Of a stretch of DNA of 64,000 nt, positions 42,579 to 53,353 are shown piece after piece. The stretch's first letter is position 1; each line of letters starts with the position of its first letter. A program made the translations under genes and the position numbers. This DNA comes from Gammaproteobacteria bacterium (GTDB lineage Bacteria > Pseudomonadota > Gammaproteobacteria > GCA-001735895), in NCBI GenBank assembly GCA_030066335.1, contig JASJBV010000001.1:9065-73064 (forward strand), read 5' to 3'. Under the pieces are notes generated by a model, which had not been told where the DNA came from, did no database searches, and saw only the letters and a program-made list of their open reading frames with translations.

Positions 42579-42787
42579 TTTTTTACCAACCAGCCGGTAT
42601 CATCAATAAACGGCAACCAGCTGGCCAGGCAGCGAAACCGAACATTTCATCTATTCGGGCTCAGACCCGGTTGCGGGTTAACCGGGTCGGAAAATAACGA
42701 CCAGCTGCAACCGATAAGCGTGTCTATCAATATAAAGCATTCTCTTTTAATATGCCCTGGCTAACATTGCTAGTACTCAGGTAGTTT

Positions 42788-44830
42788 ATGAATAACCAGA
42801 CTCTGTCAGAGAGTCAGCGGATCATAAGGGATAGCACTCCGGTTCACTCTGTCACCCCTCTCATCGTCACCCTCATCTTGCTGTTCATGGCCAGTATAAT
42901 CGGGGCCATCGTGTTCGGTATTTACGCGATCGATAAACAGGCGCAACACAATCTCAAGCAGAATATCCTTATCGCGTTAGATATCGAGAAGCAAAGGCAG
43001 AGGGACATCCTGGAAGAGTACTCCTACTGGGATGAAAGTTATGCAAACACCATCGCCAATCCCGATCAGTCGTTTATCGATAACAATACGGGAGAGTATA
43101 TCCTGGACAGATATGGCTACGCATTCACCGCCTCGGTCACGGGTGATCGATCATCGGCCGTGATTACCGCCGATGCTGAACATGCGTCACTGACCTTGGA
43201 TCAATTACTTGACCATGGTTTGGGCGGGCTGGCTGACGCAGCGATTAGCGACAAAGAGATGAACTATACCCTGAGCGATTACCTGACCATCGATGACCGG
43301 ATTTACCTGGTGACGCTCGGTCTGTATGTGGATGAGGATTCTGAGGTGGTCAGGCCGGATCATGCCCTGCTGGTGTTTGCCCGCAAGCTGGATAGTGACT
43401 ACTTCAGCCAACTGGGAGCCTTACACCAGATCCCGGGGTTGCAGATTCATCCCGACATTGACACCTGTGATCCAGATACCCTGTTGCTCAACAACCGGAT
43501 GAAGCAGCCGGTCATGGCCCTGAGCTGGCAGCCGGCGAGCCCAGGCGGAAGCTACCTGCCTTATCTGTTGGGCTTCGTGGCCCTGTTATCTACCATTCTG
43601 GCGATCCTGGTCATGAACATCCTGCGCAAGCAACAGAAAAATCAGCGCAGCTATGACAGCACGCTGGAAGCGGCGCTGCTGGAAGCCCAGTCCGCCAGTG
43701 AGACGAAATCGAATTTCCTCGCCACCATGAGCCACGAAATCCGTACCCCGATGAATGGGGTCATCGGTATGGCCCATGTATTGAGGGAAACCCCGCTGAC
43801 AGATGAGCAGAGTCAATGTCTGCAGGTCATCAATGATTCGGGAGAATCACTGTTGAATATCATCAATGACATCCTCGATTTCTCCAAGATCGAAGCCGGT
43901 CAAATCGAACTGGAGGAAATCGATTTCGACCTGGAGCAAATTGCCCAGAGCGTGCTTGATCTGATCTCCACCCAGGCCCGGCAAAAAGGCATCGAATACC
44001 GGTTGGACATTGCCCCGGCCTGCCAGGGCATTTATCGCAGTGACCCGGGGCGCATCCGCCAGATATTGCTCAACCTGTTGAACAACGCGGTGAAATTTAC
44101 CCAGCAGGGTAGGATCACACTTAGCATCACGACTGGTGATGCCGATTCGAATCCAAGAAATATCCATTTTGCCGTGGTTGATACCGGCATGGGCATCGCC
44201 GCTGAAGACAGCGGGCGTTTATTCCAGAGCTTTTCCCAGGTGGACAAGGGTATCGCCCGTAAGTATGGCGGGACCGGACTGGGACTGGCGATATCCAAAT
44301 CCCTGGTGGACCTGCTGGGCGGCAGCATCGGGGTGGAGAGCAAATTAGGCGAGGGCAGTACCTTCTGGTTCGAGCTGCCATTAACCTTTATCTCCAGTTA
44401 CCAGCCCCAGCAACCATCGGCCACGGAAGAAATGACGCTGTATCATCCCCCGATGAAAATTCTGCTGGTAGAGGATGTAGTCGCCAATCAACTGATCGCG
44501 AGAAAAATGCTCGATAAGTTAGGGCATGGCGTCGATACGGTAGCGAATGGTTTCGAGGCGATCGAGGCGCTTAATTTGAGACATTACGACCTGGTTTTCA
44601 TGGATATCAGGATGCCGGAATTGAATGGACTCGAGACCACCCGGATCATACGCAAATCGGATGACGAGTCCATCTCTCGCATCCCGATCTTCGCGATGAC
44701 CGCAAATGCCACCCAGCAAGACCGCCAGGAATGCCTGGATGCCGGGATGAATGATTACATATCCAAACCGCTGTCGATGGACCGGCTGAAAAAAATATTA
44801 AACCAATTCTTTAGCCGGCAGCTTCAGTAA
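42788..44830 (+). CDS. hybrid sensor histidine kinase (periplasmic sensor-HisKA-HATPase-REC)
   Basis: [27 protein letters not shown], receiver ILLVEDVVANQLI...FMDIRMPELNG. Confidence 0.9.
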   Translation: MNNQTLSESQRIIRDSTPVHSVTPLIVTLILLFMASIIGAIVFGIYAIDKQAQHNLKQNILIALDIEKQRQRDILEEYSYWDESYANTIANPDQSFIDNNTGEYILDRYGYAFTASVTGDRSSAVITADAEHASLTLDQLLDHGLGGLADAAISDKEMNYTLSDYLTIDDRIYLVTLGLYVDEDSEVVRPDHALLVFARKLDSDYFSQLGALHQIPGLQIHPDIDTCDPDTLLLNNRMKQPVMALSWQPASPGGSYLPYLLGFVALLSTILAILVMNILRKQQKNQRSYDSTLEAALLEAQSASETKSNFLATMSHEIRTPMNGVIGMAHVLRETPLTDEQSQCLQVINDSGESLLNIINDILDFSKIEAGQIELEEIDFDLEQIAQSVLDLISTQARQKGIEYRLDIAPACQGIYRSDPGRIRQILLNLLNNAVKFTQQGRITLSITTGDADSNPRNIHFAVVDTGMGIAAEDSGRLFQSFSQVDKGIARKYGGTGLGLAISKSLVDLLGGSIGVESKLGEGSTFWFELPLTFISSYQPQQPSATEEMTLYHPPMKILLVEDVVANQLIARKMLDKLGHGVDTVANGFEAIEALNLRHYDLVFMDIRMPELNGLETTRIIRKSDDESISRIPIFAMTANATQQDRQECLDAGMNDYISKPLSMDRLKKILNQFFSRQLQ

Positions 44831-45213
44831 GCCGCAATCAAATCGATCTCCACCGACGCCCCCACCGCCAGGCCGGTAACCCCGATGCAGGTGCGACAGG
44901 GCAACTTGCCCGGTTCGAAATAGGACTCATAAACCTTGTTCATCTTCGCGTAATCGCCAAAGTTGACCAGGTAGATGCGCACCGAAACCGCCCGCTCCAG
45001 GCCCAGTCCCGCGGCAGCCAGCACAATCTGCAGATTTTGCATGACCCGGTGGGTTTGCGCCTCGATATCTCCGGATACCAGCTGGGTATTGTCATCTTTC
45101 AGCGTCGGCATCTGCCCGGTGACGAACAGAAAATCACCCGCCCTTACCGCATGACTGAAGGGGGCGACCGGTTTAGGTCCATCGGCAAATAACATGTGTT
45201 CGATGTTTAACAT
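44824..45213 (-). CDS. RidA/YjgF-family protein
   Basis: PVAPFSHAVRAGDFLFVTGQ...CRTCIGV motif of RidA. Confidence 0.8.
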   Translation of the reverse strand: MLNIEHMLFADGPKPVAPFSHAVRAGDFLFVTGQMPTLKDDNTQLVSGDIEAQTHRVMQNLQIVLAAAGLGLERAVSVRIYLVNFGDYAKMNKVYESYFEPGKLPCRTCIGVTGLAVGASVEIDLIAAY

Positions 45214-45259
45214 TTTTTTCCTCCGAAAGATCAAAGTCGATGGTAACTGCAGGCTGTTG

Positions 45260-46081
45260 TCACGACGCAACCTGGATCAGCATCCGGATACCGGTCAACA
45301 ACAGCACCACCGCAAAGGCTTTTTTCAATTGGCGCGGGTTTAAACTATGTGCGATCCGGGCGCCAACCGGGGCGAACAGTATGGTCAACGGGATGATGAA
45401 CAGGAACGCCGGGATATTCACCAGGCGCCAGGTGCCGGCCAGAGCATCGGCCGGCTTGTCCCCGACCAGCAGCAGGGTGATCACTCCCGGTATCGCGATC
45501 AGTAAACCAAAAGCCGCCGCGGTACCGACCGCTCGATGCACCGCAACATTGAACAGAGTCAGCAACGGTACCCCGATGGTGCCGCCACCGATGCCGATCA
45601 TCACCGACAACCCACCCACCGAGCTCGCCATCAGCGATTGACCCAGCCTGCCCGGCAATTGATCGAACAGGGCCGCCGCATTCGCCCGGAACAGCATGTT
45701 GAAGCTGACCAGGATCGCAATGATGCCGAACATCCAGGTCAGGAAGTCGCCGGAGACCCTGGACGCAATCAAGCTGCCGGCCACCGCCGCGAGCAGGATG
45801 ATCGCTCCCCATAACTTCAAGATGTCGACATCGACATTGCCTTTGTTATGATGCGCAAGTACCGAGGAAATACCGGTGGGAATGATCGTCGCCAGGCTGG
45901 TTGCGGTCGCAATCGACATCGCCGACGCGGCACTGACCCCAAATTCCTGGAAGATGAAGTACAGCACCGGTACGATGACGATGCCGCCGCCCACGCCGAG
46001 CAAACCGGCCAGGATTCCGGCGAATATGCCGGTGCCGATCAAGGCCAGCGCGATTGGCCAGGCATTGAGGAGTTCATTCAT
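45260..46081 (-). CDS. TauE/SafE-family sulfite exporter
   Basis: Two-repeat TM protein with GxGGG motifs. Confidence 0.75.
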   Translation of the reverse strand: MNELLNAWPIALALIGTGIFAGILAGLLGVGGGIVIVPVLYFIFQEFGVSAASAMSIATATSLATIIPTGISSVLAHHNKGNVDVDILKLWGAIILLAAVAGSLIASRVSGDFLTWMFGIIAILVSFNMLFRANAAALFDQLPGRLGQSLMASSVGGLSVMIGIGGGTIGVPLLTLFNVAVHRAVGTAAAFGLLIAIPGVITLLLVGDKPADALAGTWRLVNIPAFLFIIPLTILFAPVGARIAHSLNPRQLKKAFAVVLLLTGIRMLIQVAS

Positions 46082-46103
46082 AGATTATTGTTATGGTTTG
46101 ATG

Positions 46104-47663
46104 CTACTCGGTCACGGCTTTGCCATCCGAGCGCGGATCGGTGGCGGCGGTCAACTGGCCATGATCATCGTAAATGGCGCCGGCATGGCCCATCGACTCA
46201 TTCACCGCGTCCACGCTTTGCCATTGGTGCCCGCGCGCGGTCAGCTCATCACCGATGCGGGCGGCGATGTTCGCTTCCACTTTGAGATCGTTGCTGTCGT
46301 CACCCCAGGTCCGGCCCAGCAACCAGCGACCCTCGGCAATGGCCTGCTCCAGCGTATAACCCTGCCAGACGAAGCGCGAGAACAAGATCGCCTGGGTTTG
46401 CGGCTGCCCTTCCCCGCCCATGGTGCCGTAACTCAGGCGTTTGCCGTTATTGAACACGGCCAGCGCCGGGTTCAGGGTATGCCGCGGTTTCTTGTTCGGG
46501 GCCAATACATTGATGTCATCGGGATCCAGCGAAAAACTGACCCCGCGGGTGTTCCAGACAAAACCCGCGTCCTCGATCACGTTGGCGGTACCGAACTCCC
46601 AGTAAATACTTTGAATGAAACTGACCAGTTGGCCGTGACGATCGCAGGCGCCCATCCAGATGGTGTCGCCAGGCTCGTTATCAAATGGCCAGGGTTCGGC
46701 CCGTTCGGGATCGATGGCTAGCGCCTTGGCCTTGAGCACAGAGCTATCCAGCGCGTCGAAGTAACTCACCGCGACATAATCCGGGTCTGCCCACAGATCC
46801 GGCTTGTCGTTGAAGCTCTGCTTGGTTGCCTCTATGACCAGGTGCGCCCAGTCGGCTTCGCTGTCAGGCAGGTGTTTCAACTGATCAAGCTGGCCGAGGA
46901 TCTGCATCGAGTGCACCCCCTGGGTTGGCGCGGGCAGATTGAAACAGCTGAGATTGTCCAGTTTCAGTTTGAGCGGCCTTACCTGCTCGGCGCGGGTGGA
47001 ACGATGATCTTCTGGCGACAGCGGGCTGTCGACCGCCTCCAGGGTCGCGGTGATTTTCTGCGCAACCTCGCCCCGGTAAAAATCGAACAAACCATTGTTC
47101 ACCAGGGTTCTGAAAGTCTCGGCCAGATCAGGATTCCTGAACAGGTCACCCTGCTGCAGTGGTTTGTCATTCAACGAATACAACCGGAGAAAACTCTCCG
47201 GCACATTATCTTCCGTCATGACCTTGGCGATCGCCCTGGCCATGCTCTCACTGACCTCGATGCCATCTTCCGCATACTGGATGGCCGGTTCCAGCAGGAC
47301 TGACAATGGCAGGCTTGCGCGGGCATCCAGATCCAGGGCCAGTTGCCAGCCGGCGACCGTCGCCGCCTGGGTCAGGCAGGCCTTGCCACCCCGGCCGGGT
47401 AGACTGTCGATATCGTCGTAATAGGAGAGATCACTCGCCGAGCGCCCACAGGCGTCGATCGCGAGCGGGGTAGGTTGCCCCTTTTCATGAACCAACCAGA
47501 AGCCATCGCCGCCAATCGAGTTCATGTGCGGGTAGACCACCGAGATTACCGCTGCCGCGGCCACCATCGCCTCGGTGGCAGTACCACCCTGGCGTAAAAT
47601 ACTCAAACCCGCTTCGGTAGCGGCCCAGTGTGGCGCGGTGAACCCGATTTGTTGAGAAGACAT
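46104..47663 (-). CDS. gamma-glutamyltransferase family protein
   Basis: …NSIGGDGFWLVH… and TMGGEGQPQ catalytic-Thr region. Confidence 0.8.
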   Translation of the reverse strand: MSSQQIGFTAPHWAATEAGLSILRQGGTATEAMVAAAAVISVVYPHMNSIGGDGFWLVHEKGQPTPLAIDACGRSASDLSYYDDIDSLPGRGGKACLTQAATVAGWQLALDLDARASLPLSVLLEPAIQYAEDGIEVSESMARAIAKVMTEDNVPESFLRLYSLNDKPLQQGDLFRNPDLAETFRTLVNNGLFDFYRGEVAQKITATLEAVDSPLSPEDHRSTRAEQVRPLKLKLDNLSCFNLPAPTQGVHSMQILGQLDQLKHLPDSEADWAHLVIEATKQSFNDKPDLWADPDYVAVSYFDALDSSVLKAKALAIDPERAEPWPFDNEPGDTIWMGACDRHGQLVSFIQSIYWEFGTANVIEDAGFVWNTRGVSFSLDPDDINVLAPNKKPRHTLNPALAVFNNGKRLSYGTMGGEGQPQTQAILFSRFVWQGYTLEQAIAEGRWLLGRTWGDDSNDLKVEANIAARIGDELTARGHQWQSVDAVNESMGHAGAIYDDHGQLTAATDPRSDGKAVTE

Positions 47664-48085
47664 AGCCCAATCCAGTTAACTAAAACCCGTTACTTTTTGC
47701 GCTAAGATTACCAGCATCCGCTGGTAAAAAACCACTGCTATCGAACCGCTTGAGCAGGCCTGGTCAGGCAAAACCCGCACCTAAATGCTGCACCAACCGG
47801 TGTCATTGCGCACCAACAGAATGCATTGGGCATCGGCACTTTTATTGTGAATTTCGCTGTATCTCATTGATTTTATTAAGATCTGTTTTATCGGGATCAA
47901 TTATTGCGTGAGCTCAAAATGGGCATCCATGGGTCGACTGTTATCTCGGCACAGCTAGACGCCCTCTACACCGGCAACCTGCATCCATCGTTATGCAAGC
48001 TGCATGAACATGACCGTCTGAGTCGGTTAGCTGTTTTATCCAACCGCACGACTCCAATCTTTCGCCCTAGATGAGGACCTCCAGT

Positions 48086-49696
48086 ATGCAACGACGAAAT
48101 TTCCTGAAAACGGCTGTATTAGGCGCCGCCACGCTACCGTTCCTGCGTTACCTACCTGCCGAGGCCGCCAGCCGCGCCGGAACCCTGGTGGTGGTAGTCG
48201 GTAATAACATCAACAGTCTGGATCTTCATCGAAAAGGCACCAACCGCCCCAGCTACCAGGTCACCGTGAACATCTATGATCGCCTGGTGCGTTTCGGGGT
48301 CAAGACCACGGCGGATGGATCCCTGGCCTATGACTCGACCAAGATCGAGCCAGAGGTTGCCGAATCATGGCAGTGGTCGGCTGACCGCAAATCCATCACC
48401 TTCAAACTCAACCCGAAGGCAAAATTCTGGGACGGGTCACCGGTCACCGCACAGGATGTAAAATGGTCTTTTGACCGCGCGGTGAGCCTGGGCGGTTTTC
48501 CGGCGGTACAGATGAAAGCGGGCTCGATGACCAAGCCCGAGCAATTCGTGGTCATCGATGATATGACCTTCCGCATCGACATCCCCGCACCGTCCAAACT
48601 GACACTACCCGATCTCGCGGTACCGATTCCTTTCATCATCAATTCCAAGGTCGCCAAAGCCAATGCGAGCAAGGACGATCCCTGGGCCACCGAATACCTG
48701 CATAAGAATCCCGCGGGATCCGGTGCTTACAAGATCGCACGCTGGGATCCAGGCCAGCAGTTTGTCTACCAGCTCAACGAAGACTGGGCACTCGGACCTA
48801 AACCAGGGATTAAACGGGTCATTGTGCGTGAGGTCCCTTCTGCCTCTACCCGCCGGGCCCTGACCGAGCGTGGCGATGCCGATCTATACATGGGCATTCC
48901 GGCCAAGGACTCCAAGGAACTGGCGGCCAAGGGCAAGGTCAGCATCTCCGGTGCACCTATCGATAACTGCCTGCACGTACTGGCGCTTAATCTTAAGTAC
49001 AAACCGTTTGATAACATGAAGGTACGTCAGGCGATTGCCTTCGCCTTGCCCTACAAGGAAATCGTGCAGGCCGCCGCCTATGGCAGAGGTGAACCCATGT
49101 ATGGTGGCAAGCAGGCCACACCGGCAGATATCACCTGGCCGCAACCCTTTCCCTATGACACTGACCTGGCCAAGGCAAAGGCGCTATTGGCCGAGGCCGG
49201 CATGGCCGATGGTTTCGAAACGACGCTGTCCTACAACCTGGGCCTGGCGGAATGGCAGGAACCCACGGCTTTGCTGATTCAGGAGTCACTGGGGAAAATA
49301 GGTATCAAAGTCACCCTTGATAAAATTCCTGGCGCCAATTGGCGGACCGCCTCCCTGGTCGAAAAGCGCCTACCGATGCACATGGAAAACTTTGGCGGCT
49401 GGCTGAATTACCCCGATTACTACTTCTTCTGGGCCTATAAATACGGTCACCTGTTCAATTCTTCCAACTACAAGAATCCTGAGGTAGAGGCCCTGGTCGA
49501 CAGTACCCTGCATATGGAAACGACCGATCCACAGTATGCCGAAAATGTGAAACGCATGATCGCGATCGCTTTCGAAGAAGTTCCACGCATTCCGCTCTAC
49601 CAGCCCTACCTGGATGCGGCGATGCAGAAAGACGTATCGGGTTATGCCTCCTGGTTTCACCGGCAACTCGATGTGCGCGGGATTCAGAAAGCCTAG
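48086..49696 (+). CDS. ABC transporter substrate-binding protein, family 5 (peptide/glutathione type), TAT signal
   Basis: RRNFLKTAVLGAATLP twin-arginine motif; DppA/GsiB-like length. Confidence 0.8.
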   Translation: MQRRNFLKTAVLGAATLPFLRYLPAEAASRAGTLVVVVGNNINSLDLHRKGTNRPSYQVTVNIYDRLVRFGVKTTADGSLAYDSTKIEPEVAESWQWSADRKSITFKLNPKAKFWDGSPVTAQDVKWSFDRAVSLGGFPAVQMKAGSMTKPEQFVVIDDMTFRIDIPAPSKLTLPDLAVPIPFIINSKVAKANASKDDPWATEYLHKNPAGSGAYKIARWDPGQQFVYQLNEDWALGPKPGIKRVIVREVPSASTRRALTERGDADLYMGIPAKDSKELAAKGKVSISGAPIDNCLHVLALNLKYKPFDNMKVRQAIAFALPYKEIVQAAAYGRGEPMYGGKQATPADITWPQPFPYDTDLAKAKALLAEAGMADGFETTLSYNLGLAEWQEPTALLIQESLGKIGIKVTLDKIPGANWRTASLVEKRLPMHMENFGGWLNYPDYYFFWAYKYGHLFNSSNYKNPEVEALVDSTLHMETTDPQYAENVKRMIAIAFEEVPRIPLYQPYLDAAMQKDVSGYASWFHRQLDVRGIQKA

Positions 49697-49717
49697 GTAT
49701 CCGGATCCGGTCCATAG

Positions 49718-50740
49718 ATGCCCGATCAACTGCTGCAAATCGGTCGGCGCCTGCTACAGGCGGTACCCTCGGTCATTGGTATCGTCATCATTTCCTTCGC
49801 CCTGACCCGGGCGTTACCGGGAGACCCGGCGGTTTATTTCGCCGGCGCGATGGCTGATGAGGAATCGATCGCCGAGGTGCGCCAGGCACTGGGGCTCGAC
49901 CGTAGCCTGGTTGAGCAGTTCTTCATTTATGTAAGCAATCTGCTGCAGGGTGACCTCGGGCTATCGCTGAATACCGGGCTACCGGTGCTGGAAGAACTGC
50001 TGACCCGGTTACCGGCCTCGCTCGAGCTGACCTTCACCGGCCTGGGACTGGCGGTACTCATTGCCGTCCCGCTGGGTATGCTGGCTGCAACCCGACCCGG
50101 CAGTTGGATCGACCATCTGTGCCGCGTGCTGGTGACGGCGGGCGTCTCCCTGCCGACCTTTTTCACCGGCCTGTTCCTGATCTATATCTTTTATTTTCTG
50201 CTCGGCTGGGCGCCATCACCACTGGGTCGGCTGGATATTCTTTACCTGCCGCCCCCCCACGTGACCGGGTTCTATCTGATCGACAGCCTGCTGGCCGGAG
50301 ACAGTGAGACTTTCTGGGCGGCGCTGCGCCAACTGGTGCTGCCGGCCTTCACTCTCGGCCTGTTTGCGCTGGCACCGATCGCGCGTATGACCCGCGCCTC
50401 GATGCTGTCGGCGCTGGGCAGTGAATATGTGCGTACCGCAAGGGCCAATGGTTTATCGCATCGAAAGGTTTTGTTTACCTATGCTTTCCGTAATGCCGCT
50501 CTGCCCCTTTTAACCACGCTGGGCATGGTGTTTTCATTTCTGCTCGGGGCCAACGTGCTGGTGGAGAAAGTGTTTGCCTGGCCTGGGATTGGCCTGTTTG
50601 CGATCGAGGCCCTGGTTGCCTCGGACTATGCCGCGGTCCAGGGTTTCGTGCTGTCGATGGCCCTGCTGTTCGTTGTGGTCAACCTGATGATCGACCTGTT
50701 GCTTACCCTGATCGATCCTAGAGTCTCGATGAGTGATTGA
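49718..50740 (+). CDS. ABC permease (DppB/GsiC-like)
   Basis: TM pattern and EAA loop. Confidence 0.8.
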   Translation: MPDQLLQIGRRLLQAVPSVIGIVIISFALTRALPGDPAVYFAGAMADEESIAEVRQALGLDRSLVEQFFIYVSNLLQGDLGLSLNTGLPVLEELLTRLPASLELTFTGLGLAVLIAVPLGMLAATRPGSWIDHLCRVLVTAGVSLPTFFTGLFLIYIFYFLLGWAPSPLGRLDILYLPPPHVTGFYLIDSLLAGDSETFWAALRQLVLPAFTLGLFALAPIARMTRASMLSALGSEYVRTARANGLSHRKVLFTYAFRNAALPLLTTLGMVFSFLLGANVLVEKVFAWPGIGLFAIEALVASDYAAVQGFVLSMALLFVVVNLMIDLLLTLIDPRVSMSD

Positions 50741-51596
50741 GTTATCCGCGATGAAACGATTCCTCAATCACTTTTTCTATGTCATGTCGGAGAACCCGGT
50801 AACGGTGTTCGCCTTCTCGCTGTTCATCCTGATTATCCTTACCGCGTTATTTGGCCCCTGGCTGGCTCCTTACGATCCCCTGGCAACCCAGGCCGCCAAC
50901 GCTCTGCAACCACCCTCGTTGCAGCACTGGTTTGGCACCGATCATCTTGGGCGCGACGTGTTCAGCCGGGTAATCGTGGCTACCCGGCTCGATTTGGGGA
51001 TCGCGTTATCGGCGGTCGCCCTGTCCTTCTTCATCGGCAGTGCCCTGGGCTCGGCGGCCGGATTCTGGGGCGGCTGGACCGATCGTATTATCGGGCGGCT
51101 GTCTGATACCATCATGGCTTTTCCGCTGTTCGTACTGGCGATGGGAATCGTCTCCGCGCTGGGGAACTCGGTGGAGAATATCATCTATGCCACCGCTATC
51201 ATCAACCTGCCATTTTATGCCAGGGTTGCGCGGGCCGAGACCAATGTGCGCCGTAACGCCGGCTATGTGATGGCGGCAAGACTGAGCGGCAGTTCCGATC
51301 TGCGTATCCTGGCCACCCAGGTTTTTCCCAATTGCCTGCCGCCCATGATGGTACAAATTTCGCTGAATATGGGTTGGGCTATTCTCAATGCCGCCGGCCT
51401 GTCCTTTATCGGTCTCGGGGTCCGGCCACCGGATGCGGAATGGGGCATCATGGTGGCAGAGGGTGCAACCTATATCGTTTCCGGTGAATGGTGGCTGGCC
51501 CTGTTCCCCGGAGCCGCGCTGATGCTCGCGGTGTTCTGTTTTAACCTGATTGGCGATGGTCTGCGTGACCTCGTCGATCCATTACGCCGCACCTGA
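50733..51596 (+). CDS. ABC permease (DppC/GsiD-like)
   Basis: TM pattern; 8-bp overlap with upstream gene. Confidence 0.8.
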   Translation: MIELSAMKRFLNHFFYVMSENPVTVFAFSLFILIILTALFGPWLAPYDPLATQAANALQPPSLQHWFGTDHLGRDVFSRVIVATRLDLGIALSAVALSFFIGSALGSAAGFWGGWTDRIIGRLSDTIMAFPLFVLAMGIVSALGNSVENIIYATAIINLPFYARVARAETNVRRNAGYVMAARLSGSSDLRILATQVFPNCLPPMMVQISLNMGWAILNAAGLSFIGLGVRPPDAEWGIMVAEGATYIVSGEWWLALFPGAALMLAVFCFNLIGDGLRDLVDPLRRT

Positions 51597-51604
51597 TCAA
51601 GCTC

Positions 51605-53335
51605 ATGACTCAGCCTCCCTTTGTGTCGATTGAACAACTCAGCGTGGATTTCCGCACCCGTAACGGCATCGTGCGGGCGCTGGACAAGGTTGAGCTGAGC
51701 ATCAAAAAAGGTGAAACCCTCGGTATCGTGGGTGAGAGTGGCTCGGGCAAATCGGTCACCGCTTACACCCTGATCGGTTTGCTCGACGCGGCGGGCCGGG
51801 TTGCCGGCGGCTCGGCCATGTTCGACGGCATGACGATGACCGGCGCCAGTGAATCTCAACTGCGCGATCTGCGTGGGCGTGAAATCTCGATGATTTTTCA
51901 GAATCCGCGCGGGGCGCTCAATCCGATCCGCCCGGTCGGTAAACAGATCGAGGACGTGTTGCTGCGCCATGCCCGGGCCAGTCGCCAGAACGCCAGGGCA
52001 AAAGCGATCGAGATGTTGCAGCAGGTACGCATCGTCGAACCTGAAAAACGTTACTGGTCCTTCCCTTTCGAGTTGTCGGGAGGCATGTGTCAAAGGGTTA
52101 TGATCGCCATCGCCCTGGCCTGCGACCCACGTCTGTTGATCGCCGATGAACCCACCACCGGCCTCGACGTCACCACCCAGAAAGCCACCATGGACCTGAT
52201 TCGCGACCTGACCCGTGAACGTAACATGGCGGTGATCCTGATCACCCACGACCTGGGCATGGCCGCCGCCTATGCCGACCGCATCATCGTCATGCAGCAG
52301 GGCCAGGTGGTGGAAACTGCGGACGTCAAGACTCTGTTCACGCGTCCTGCGCATGACTACACGAAAAAGCTGATTGCCGCCTCACCCGGTCCATACTCAG
52401 AGCTGGATGATCTGACCGCGGTCACCAATGGCCCTGCCGATGCGAAGCGACCACGCCGCGTCTCAGCGGCAGATCCTGGACAGCAGGCAGCAGCGGCCGC
52501 TAATAAGTTCCTGCTCGAAGTCATTGACCTGGTAAAAGAATATCCCCATCGGCAAAAACAAGGCTGGCAATGGCCCTGGTCTAAGCCAGACGATGCTGAT
52601 AGTGGGTTCCGAGCGGTGGACGGCATCAGCTTTCAAATCAAGCGCGGCGAGAGCCTTGGCCTGGTCGGCGAGTCGGGTTGCGGCAAGTCGACCACTTCAA
52701 GCATCATCGCGCGTCTACTCGACCCTACGTCTGGAGATATCATTTTCAATGGCCAGAACCTGACCACCTTTCGCGCCGACCAGTTTGCTCACCAGCCACA
52801 GCGCAGCCTGATCCAGATGGTGTTTCAGGATCCCACCGAGAGCCTGAATCCGCGTTATACCGCCCTCGACGCCATTGCCGAGCCGTTAAAACGCTTGAAG
52901 AAAATCACCGCTGCAACGGAAATTAAGCAGCGGGTAGAGAAAATGGCCGATCTGGTCGGACTGCCCCAACACTTGTTGACCCGCTTTCCGCATCAGCTTT
53001 CGGGCGGTCAGAAGGCCAGGGTGGGCATTGCCCGCGCAATTGCAGTCGACCCGCTGTTACTGATCCTGGACGAACCCACCTCCGCGCTGGACGTGTCGGT
53101 GCAGGCCGTGGTCCTGCAATTGCTGGATCAGCTGAAAACCGAACTGGGCATGAGTTATCTGTTCGTTTCCCATGACCTTAACGTCGTGCGCCTGTTATGC
53201 GAACGGGTGATCGTGATGAATCGCGGCAAGATCGTCGAACAGGGATTAGCCGATGAGGTGTTACGCAATCCAAAACAGGAATACACCCGCATCCTGGTCG
53301 ACTCGATCCCACATTTCGAGCCTGACAACCTGTAG
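51605..53335 (+). CDS. fused double ATP-binding protein (GsiA-like)
   Basis: Two Walker A ([17 protein letters not shown]) and two LSGG signatures. Confidence 0.85.
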   Translation: MTQPPFVSIEQLSVDFRTRNGIVRALDKVELSIKKGETLGIVGESGSGKSVTAYTLIGLLDAAGRVAGGSAMFDGMTMTGASESQLRDLRGREISMIFQNPRGALNPIRPVGKQIEDVLLRHARASRQNARAKAIEMLQQVRIVEPEKRYWSFPFELSGGMCQRVMIAIALACDPRLLIADEPTTGLDVTTQKATMDLIRDLTRERNMAVILITHDLGMAAAYADRIIVMQQGQVVETADVKTLFTRPAHDYTKKLIAASPGPYSELDDLTAVTNGPADAKRPRRVSAADPGQQAAAAANKFLLEVIDLVKEYPHRQKQGWQWPWSKPDDADSGFRAVDGISFQIKRGESLGLVGESGCGKSTTSSIIARLLDPTSGDIIFNGQNLTTFRADQFAHQPQRSLIQMVFQDPTESLNPRYTALDAIAEPLKRLKKITAATEIKQRVEKMADLVGLPQHLLTRFPHQLSGGQKARVGIARAIAVDPLLLILDEPTSALDVSVQAVVLQLLDQLKTELGMSYLFVSHDLNVVRLLCERVIVMNRGKIVEQGLADEVLRNPKQEYTRILVDSIPHFEPDNL

Positions 53336-53353
53336 TAGCTATAGCGCAGATTC

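Noticed and set aside
45345-46285. Overlapping plus/minus-strand ORFs of 92-155 aa
   Set aside because: Alternative frames of the TauE/SafE and GGT genes; Arg/Gly-rich artefacts
47700-47730. Hairpin ACCAGCATCCGCTGGT followed by A-run upstream of GGT
   Set aside because: T/A-run is on the wrong side for a terminator on either strand and it lies in a promoter region; probably incidental
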